From: a virus | Lineage: Duplodnaviria; Caudoviricetes | IMG/VR virus record: IMGVR_UViG_2687453341_000008 | Strand: one strand, 5' to 3' | DNA length: 64,000 nucleotides | Part shown: in pieces, positions 58,787 to 64,000 of the stretch | How positions within the stretch are numbered: the first letter of the stretch is position 1 | How the letters are laid out: every line of letters begins with the position of its first letter | Notes under the pieces: generated by a model | Seen by the model: only the letters and a program-made list of their open reading frames with translations | What the model was told of the DNA's origin: nothing | Database searches by the model: none | Made by a program: the position numbers and the translations under genes

Positions 58787-60973
58787 TCAAATGGTCGAAC
58801 TCGGAGAGTTACCTGAGATCACCGATCGCAACTCATCTGTGACCGCTGGAGCACCCTCTTGCATGCTTGGCCGACGTAATGGAACGACAGCCTTGGTCCC
58901 ATCCTCCATGCTGATAATTGCTTTGGTCAGGTAGCAGGAACGTCCTGTGATGGACGAACACGCTCCGTCCATCGCACTCGAGTCGTTGACGTAAGCGATC
59001 GTCACGTGCGGGTTGTACTTCGGGTGCGTCAAAACATGCGGCAGGCTATCACGCAACTTACGATTGATCGCATGCAGGGCGGGCGACTCTACAGCAACGA
59101 TCAGAGGTACCCCGCGATCGCCACCAGGAAAGCTCGTGACGCCCCTGAAACTGACTAGAGGCGATTCGAGCCTCGACACAACACGTGCGATTTCGTCTAC
59201 GCTTGCGCCCGTGATTCCGTACAACGCAGTGACATGGGGTTCATCTTCCCGCCCGCCCACGGAGAGGTCCGCGTCATTCAGGCATGCAGCCTCTCTCAAC
59301 ACCGCATCCTCGATCGCCTCGGGCAACTTAAGCATCACGCACGCGTACTTATGGGCTCTGCCGACTTCGAGCAACTTGGACTCCAGTTCATCGCGCCCAC
59401 TTAGCGACGGTATCGACTTCACGAACGCAACGGCGTCGGTACCGTAACTCCAATCCCAAAGCCCGCTCGAGCCGCTTTCTTCGTTATCGTCATCCAGAGG
59501 ACGAAGCCGAAACCCGGACGACTCGAAGATGTCTGTCACCTGAGGAGAGATCTCTTCTAGCAAGGTAGGGTCCACGTCGATCACGTGCTTTAGTTTGCGA
59601 TGACCAATTCGGATCGCTTTGTCGACCGGTGGTATAAATCCACTCGCCGCGCCAGACGCCTTGATGAGTGTTCTTGGATCGACAGGGCCATTTGCGGTCA
59701 GGATGAATCCGTCGAGTTCATTTCCGAACGTCGGTTCCCCTCGTTTCGTGCGATACTCTCCGACCGTCATCACCCCGATCTTTGAATCCGCTTCGAGCCT
59801 CCGATCTTCGAGCTCCGGATCGTTTACCGCGGGGACCTCGAGTTCGATACTGACATGCTCGCCATATTCACGACCGAGGGTTATTGTGTCCTCGTCAGCG
59901 ATAAGGTCCATGTCGGGTTGGATACTGAGCATGGACGTTCCCAGCAACGACGCTGCAAGGCTCGAATAGGTCATACCGTCTTGAATGCCCAGCGAAGATC
60001 GTGACACGCCATGCGCCGCAAGCACGCAGTCCCGCAACTGGTCATGCCCTTCCACAAACTGCATTTCGTCCGCAGTTCGCTTGTGCACCACCGATGTGGC
60101 TTTTCCGACAAATGTTACTGCCGCCCCGTCGTCACTAAGACGGCGAGAAAGATTGTCCTCCACTTCGCTCAGCTTCTCGGGATCGTCCTCGTCGGAAGTC
60201 AGCAACAACTTGCCGTTTGGTCCTTCTCTGTAAAACTTGTCGCGACAATCGTCGAGGGCGTTGGACGCATCGATCCAAGGAGCGGCTGCATTGGTAGGAG
60301 ATGCTCCATCCCCTTTCAGGAACGGATGCGGGTACTTGATCACCGTAAGCATTTCCGCTGGCAACTCGACACCCACAAACTGGCGGATCGCTGAAAACGA
60401 CTCTTCGTCGTAGCTCGCTGAATAGGTTGTCCATGACTGAGGCCGAATGATGACTCCACCTCGCGGCATACTCTGGTACCGACCTGGCCGGATCGGTGTC
60501 ACCATCGCCATCGGAATCACGTATCTTTCAACCGTTCTCGTTTTCAGCACATTAGGACGGTTAAACACCAAGCAGCACCCGTGAAGGCGCAATTGAACCA
60601 TTTGCTCCCACCGGAATGCGCCCCCGCTTTGGCGAGGGTGAGGACGATTCAATAGTCGCATGAGCGGATGTGTTGAATCCGCGACCGTTCCCTGATGTTC
60701 ACGTACAAGACCCTTGCGTACGCTTTCTTCTCGCCACCGAGCCCCAAACTCCATCCGCAGCGCCTTTCGCTGCGTCCGCGCTAAGGGATCCTTCGAGTCA
60801 TCGTAGACGTAGACCAGCGCACGAGTTGCCTGTCTCGCAACGGAAGTGATCGCGACGTAGTTCCACCCACGAAAACCCTCGAGCTCCGCTCTATGGTCGC
60901 TTGCGACATCGCCGAGGCGATACATCGACAGAACTTCGTCAAGGATTTCGTATAGATTTGCTGGCCCGTGCAT
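58787..60973 (-). CDS. Portal protein fused to C-terminal 2H phosphoesterase (Acb1-like)
   Basis: HPLMRLLNRPH, YPHP...GASP, MTVGEYR portal motifs; then EPHVTALYG and YNPHVTIAY HxT pair. Confidence 0.82.
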   Translation of the reverse strand: MHGPANLYEILDEVLSMYRLGDVASDHRAELEGFRGWNYVAITSVARQATRALVYVYDDSKDPLARTQRKALRMEFGARWREESVRKGLVREHQGTVADSTHPLMRLLNRPHPRQSGGAFRWEQMVQLRLHGCCLVFNRPNVLKTRTVERYVIPMAMVTPIRPGRYQSMPRGGVIIRPQSWTTYSASYDEESFSAIRQFVGVELPAEMLTVIKYPHPFLKGDGASPTNAAAPWIDASNALDDCRDKFYREGPNGKLLLTSDEDDPEKLSEVEDNLSRRLSDDGAAVTFVGKATSVVHKRTADEMQFVEGHDQLRDCVLAAHGVSRSSLGIQDGMTYSSLAASLLGTSMLSIQPDMDLIADEDTITLGREYGEHVSIELEVPAVNDPELEDRRLEADSKIGVMTVGEYRTKRGEPTFGNELDGFILTANGPVDPRTLIKASGAASGFIPPVDKAIRIGHRKLKHVIDVDPTLLEEISPQVTDIFESSGFRLRPLDDDNEESGSSGLWDWSYGTDAVAFVKSIPSLSGRDELESKLLEVGRAHKYACVMLKLPEAIEDAVLREAACLNDADLSVGGREDEPHVTALYGITGASVDEIARVVSRLESPLVSFRGVTSFPGGDRGVPLIVAVESPALHAINRKLRDSLPHVLTHPKYNPHVTIAYVNDSSAMDGACSSITGRSCYLTKAIISMEDGTKAVVPLRRPSMQEGAPAVTDELRSVISGNSPSSTI

Positions 60974-61015
60974 TCCTGTTCTCCTGCGGGGAACTTAGCC
61001 GAATGCCAATCGCAG

Positions 61016-61519
61016 TTAAACCGTCGGATACCCATAGACTTGCCGCTCCACGTCGCCGCGAATGTAAAGCGGGTGTTTTGGGCTTCCGTTCTCGTTTACT
61101 CCCAAGCAGTGGACTTTACCGAGAATCTTCAAAACAGCTTTCGCTCTCTCAGGATCGCAATGCACGCCCCATCCGACGATGATTTCCTGAACTCGCGCGG
61201 CGACACTTCCCAATACGGCATCGTTTTCTTCACCGACCGGATTGTCGATTGTTTTGAGCCCGCGTGGGTCGGTCGACCTAAACGCGTAAGCATTCAGCAT
61301 AGTGAAACTGCCAAAGCCCCAATTCCTGGAGAACTGAATACATCGGCGGATTGTTGGATCGTCGATGAGCTCGTCTGCGGTACTCGGGTTCAAGCAACAA
61401 AACGCGATAGCCGGTTTCGATGGATCCCATATCCTCCAAAGCGAGTATCTCCAGACTCGGCAGGGGGAAAAGTGAGCCCCCTTCTCCATGTGAACCTCGA
61501 ACAATGTGAGTTGCTTCAC
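61016..61519 (-). CDS. DUF1643 family protein
   Basis: RYSLWRIWD, LNPSTAD...DDPTIRRC, GSPKHPLY. Confidence 0.88.
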   Translation of the reverse strand: MKQLTLFEVHMEKGAHFSPCRVWRYSLWRIWDPSKPAIAFCCLNPSTADELIDDPTIRRCIQFSRNWGFGSFTMLNAYAFRSTDPRGLKTIDNPVGEENDAVLGSVAARVQEIIVGWGVHCDPERAKAVLKILGKVHCLGVNENGSPKHPLYIRGDVERQVYGYPTV

Positions 61520-61568
61520 GCCGTAACCGCCATTTCGTGAAAAGAGAGTTGCAAATCGGACTGCGTTT

Positions 61569-62114
61569 TCAACATTGCAGGCCCTCATACATGATTTCAA
61601 TGGAATCAAAATCCCGCCTTCTCGAGGTGGGATACACCGCCAGATGGCAGTCGTTTTTTTCGAACCGACAAGCGATGATGCGATGCCAACCACTTCGATG
61701 CTCGACGGCAAAAAGATGCCCTACGCGCCGCATTTTCCTCTCGATATAGTTTCCCAGATAACGAACGGCAACTCCCTGCCGGCTAGCCAGCATTTGCTGG
61801 ATCTTCAGTAAGTCGCTTAACGGGTGTCGGTAATCCGGACGGACAGCAGCAATGCAGTAGAGAGTCTCCACCGCGATCTTCCTCCAAGCGGTCAGAATCT
61901 CCCAGTCATCGACCAATGCACCCTTCGGGAGAGCGACCGCGGCAGACGTAAACTCTGTCTCGGCAGAGATCACAACCAGATCTGGTCGCCCGCTAGCTGC
62001 TATGCACGACCACCAAACGCGTGGAACCCCCATGATTGCCCAGCTTGTGCCGGAAACACCTCTGCTTATTCGAGAATCGAGACTACCCAATAAATAGGCC
62101 GGATTCGTAAGCAC
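61569..62114 (-). CDS. Hypothetical protein
   Basis: 181-aa co-oriented ORF. Confidence 0.5.
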   Translation of the reverse strand: MLTNPAYLLGSLDSRISRGVSGTSWAIMGVPRVWWSCIAASGRPDLVVISAETEFTSAAVALPKGALVDDWEILTAWRKIAVETLYCIAAVRPDYRHPLSDLLKIQQMLASRQGVAVRYLGNYIERKMRRVGHLFAVEHRSGWHRIIACRFEKNDCHLAVYPTSRRRDFDSIEIMYEGLQC

Positions 62115-62433
62115 TTATTTCCAAATTCCCTGAAAAACACGAGCAAACATTAGCGTTTTAGAAATAGATCGTGATCGAAAAGGGATACTGACAACCAGTG
62201 GGTCAAGTATTTCGACGCTTCGTTCGCGAACCTTCTAGCTGTGAAAAGCATCACACGGCGGCTCCCAAACCCTGCCAACGAACAATTGTGGAGACTGCAC
62301 GTTGCCAGCGATCAAGCCCATAAGATGTCTTTCAACTACTTAGCATCGAAGCCGAGGATGTAACCGTTCGAAACCTCGACTCAACAACCACTCGCTTGAG
62401 CACGGATAGGGTGAAGCAATTGAAGATTGATCC

Positions 62434-63114
62434 TCATTCGTCGCTAGGATTCTCTGCAGGCATTTCCCCAGACGGTTTTGGGGGTTTGGAGGATGCGTTG
62501 TATAGATTACACCCTAAATGCCAAACTTCTAAACATTCGCCCGATGAATGCTCATGCTTGCTAATAAAAGACCATTTTGCCGAATGATCACAACAATCAG
62601 TCACTTGGTCGCAAGGCCTTTTCTCGTCCATCTGTGATCGCAACCGTTCCATTTTGTGCTTGATCTTATCTTCCGTGAAATAGACCAGCAGCAAACCTCG
62701 CCCCTCGCGTCCTGTAGAATAACGCGAAACCAATTGCGAAACTCCACCACTATGCCAAGAAAATGATTTGTATTTCTTAGCTTCGCCGAGCACACGCCTC
62801 TCTGATTGAAAAAGGCATGCTCTAAACGTCAAATCAACATGTCCGTTTGTGAACTCTTCGCGAGTAACAATTAGTGCACTGGATTTATTAATTGACTTCA
62901 CAAAAATTGCACTTAACTGATCCTCGCTCAACGAAGAGAATAGCTTTGCATCGCGTTCCAAATCGTCAACTGCTTCAAGTACTAAAGCAGCAAAAGCATC
63001 ATTAAACTCTAGATCGCTACTTGCAGCTACGAGACGTTTATGCTTACCTGGAAGCTTTTCCGCGAAAACCAGGAAGCAGTCTTCGTATCGAATTTCGGAA
63101 GGAATTTCACTCAT
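62434..63114 (-). CDS. PD-(D/E)xK nuclease-like protein
   Basis: SEDQLS...EEFTNGHVDL...GEAK...QLVSRY; ATGA overlap with upstream gene. Confidence 0.6.
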   Translation of the reverse strand: MSEIPSEIRYEDCFLVFAEKLPGKHKRLVAASSDLEFNDAFAALVLEAVDDLERDAKLFSSLSEDQLSAIFVKSINKSSALIVTREEFTNGHVDLTFRACLFQSERRVLGEAKKYKSFSWHSGGVSQLVSRYSTGREGRGLLLVYFTEDKIKHKMERLRSQMDEKRPCDQVTDCCDHSAKWSFISKHEHSSGECLEVWHLGCNLYNASSKPPKPSGEMPAENPSDE

Positions 63115-64000
63115 TCTGTTACTCCCGAATCATCACACCCGATAAGCCAGCTCACCTCGATTTCTCGAGCAAACTCAATCCAAGTTGACTCTTTTAGTTC
63201 GTTTCTGGCCCACATAGCCAGCATTCTCCTGATCTCGTTGTCAGGGACCGACTCAAAACGGCCTCTCACTAAGCGCCGAAACTCGAGGCGAGAAGAATCT
63301 GCAGCATTTCCAGTTAGAATCCCGAGAACAGTACGCACTTCCTCGTTGGAGACATTCGCTTGTCGAGCAACCTCATCAATCTGCGATAAACGTAAGCGGC
63401 CATCAGTTAGGTTATTGCATATAGATCGATAGATTTGAATGTGTTTCGGGCTGTCTCCGATTTGGCTTACCAAAAAATCTAAACGCGAATCGATCGCTTT
63501 TGGAGAAACAGTTCCCACGTCCAAACGTGGAAGTCCCGCCACAATGCGGTTCGTCTCGAGGCTGACTGCAATGACGCGAAGGAGAAGCTCGAGAGGGTAG
63601 GCAGCGTTGTTCATTGTCTCGATCGCCCAAAGGTTGGCGTCATTCACAATGCCGCTGTCTTTGTCACTGGCCACGGCTTGACGTTCAATTACCCACTCAA
63701 TCGCACTCTTGCCGTTGACAGTGTAATCGTAAGCTTCCAGAGGAATATTGGTAATGGTAATGTATTCGTTGTATATGACAGTGCTGCGATCCGTGATAAC
63801 CTTGCCTGTCACAGGGTCTTTAACCTTGGCGAATTTCATTTTGCGAACATAAAATTGCTCGTCTTTAAGTTTTCTAAGAAGCTTGTCGTGCTTTGCCCCT
63901 CGGTGGTCGATCGTTCCGCAAGTGCTATCAGCGAGTTGAACTGTCGCTGGATAGCAGTCAACGCTTTCGTATTCTAGATGCCAACGTGCCAAATAGCGAC
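63111..64000 (-). CDS. Type ISP restriction-modification enzyme, C-terminal part with extra domain (5' end outside window)
   Basis: KMKF...IYNEYITITNIPLEAYDYTVNGKSAIEWVIERQ...DKDSGIVNDAN...YPLELLLRVIAVSLET matches LlaBIII-type specificity domain; frame open to window edge. Confidence 0.85.
   Translation of the reverse strand, partial: RYLARWHLEYESVDCYPATVQLADSTCGTIDHRGAKHDKLLRKLKDEQFYVRKMKFAKVKDPVTGKVITDRSTVIYNEYITITNIPLEAYDYTVNGKSAIEWVIERQAVASDKDSGIVNDANLWAIETMNNAAYPLELLLRVIAVSLETNRIVAGLPRLDVGTVSPKAIDSRLDFLVSQIGDSPKHIQIYRSICNNLTDGRLRLSQIDEVARQANVSNEEVRTVLGILTGNAADSSRLEFRRLVRGRFESVPDNEIRRMLAMWARNELKESTWIEFAREIEVSWLIGCDDSGVTE

Larger units (their letters stand above)
2146..62114 (-). mobile_element. 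Interrupted long-tailed (siphovirus-like) prophage; right boundary uncertain
   Basis: Integrase beside att-like tRNA fragment; colinear minus-strand capsid, head-tail, tube, chaperone, tape-measure and fibre genes; portal at 58787-60973. Confidence 0.8.

Overview
This window most likely comes from a planctomycete (Pirellulales-like) chromosome; the host call is inferred from DUF1559/DUF1573 genes and the integrase type. Most of it is a long-tailed temperate prophage on the minus strand. The prophage starts at the 3' half of a tRNA(CAT) (att-like, 2096-2145) next to a tyrosine integrase and carries morons (secreted S1/P1 nuclease, PA-IL-like lectin, DprA+PRTase pair). It also has tail fibre, tail, tape-measure, head-tail, HK97 capsid and protease genes, then sigma factor, beta-clamp, CsrA-like and portal genes. 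No terminase or lysis genes are recognisable. A 16.6-kb block (39276-55837) splits the prophage. It contains an IS66, an IS110/IS1111 element, an AT-richer operon (Cys-rich secreted peptide, GT2, GT-C-like membrane protein, sulfotransferase, DUF1559, WD40), an IS630 remnant and an IS21. The window ends in the 3' part of a Type ISP restriction-modification gene followed by a coupled nuclease-like gene. The strongest finding is the IS1111-type element (41971-43728), inserted precisely into a terminal inverted repeat of the IS66. Its non-coding end encodes a readable bridge/seek RNA whose guides match the IS66 end (target) and its own circle junction (donor), and circularisation would build a TTGCCC-17-TAGAAT promoter. 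Other highlights are a portal protein fused to an Acb1-like 2H phosphoesterase and the Cys-rich peptide glycosylation/sulfation locus. All family calls were made by eye, without database searches.
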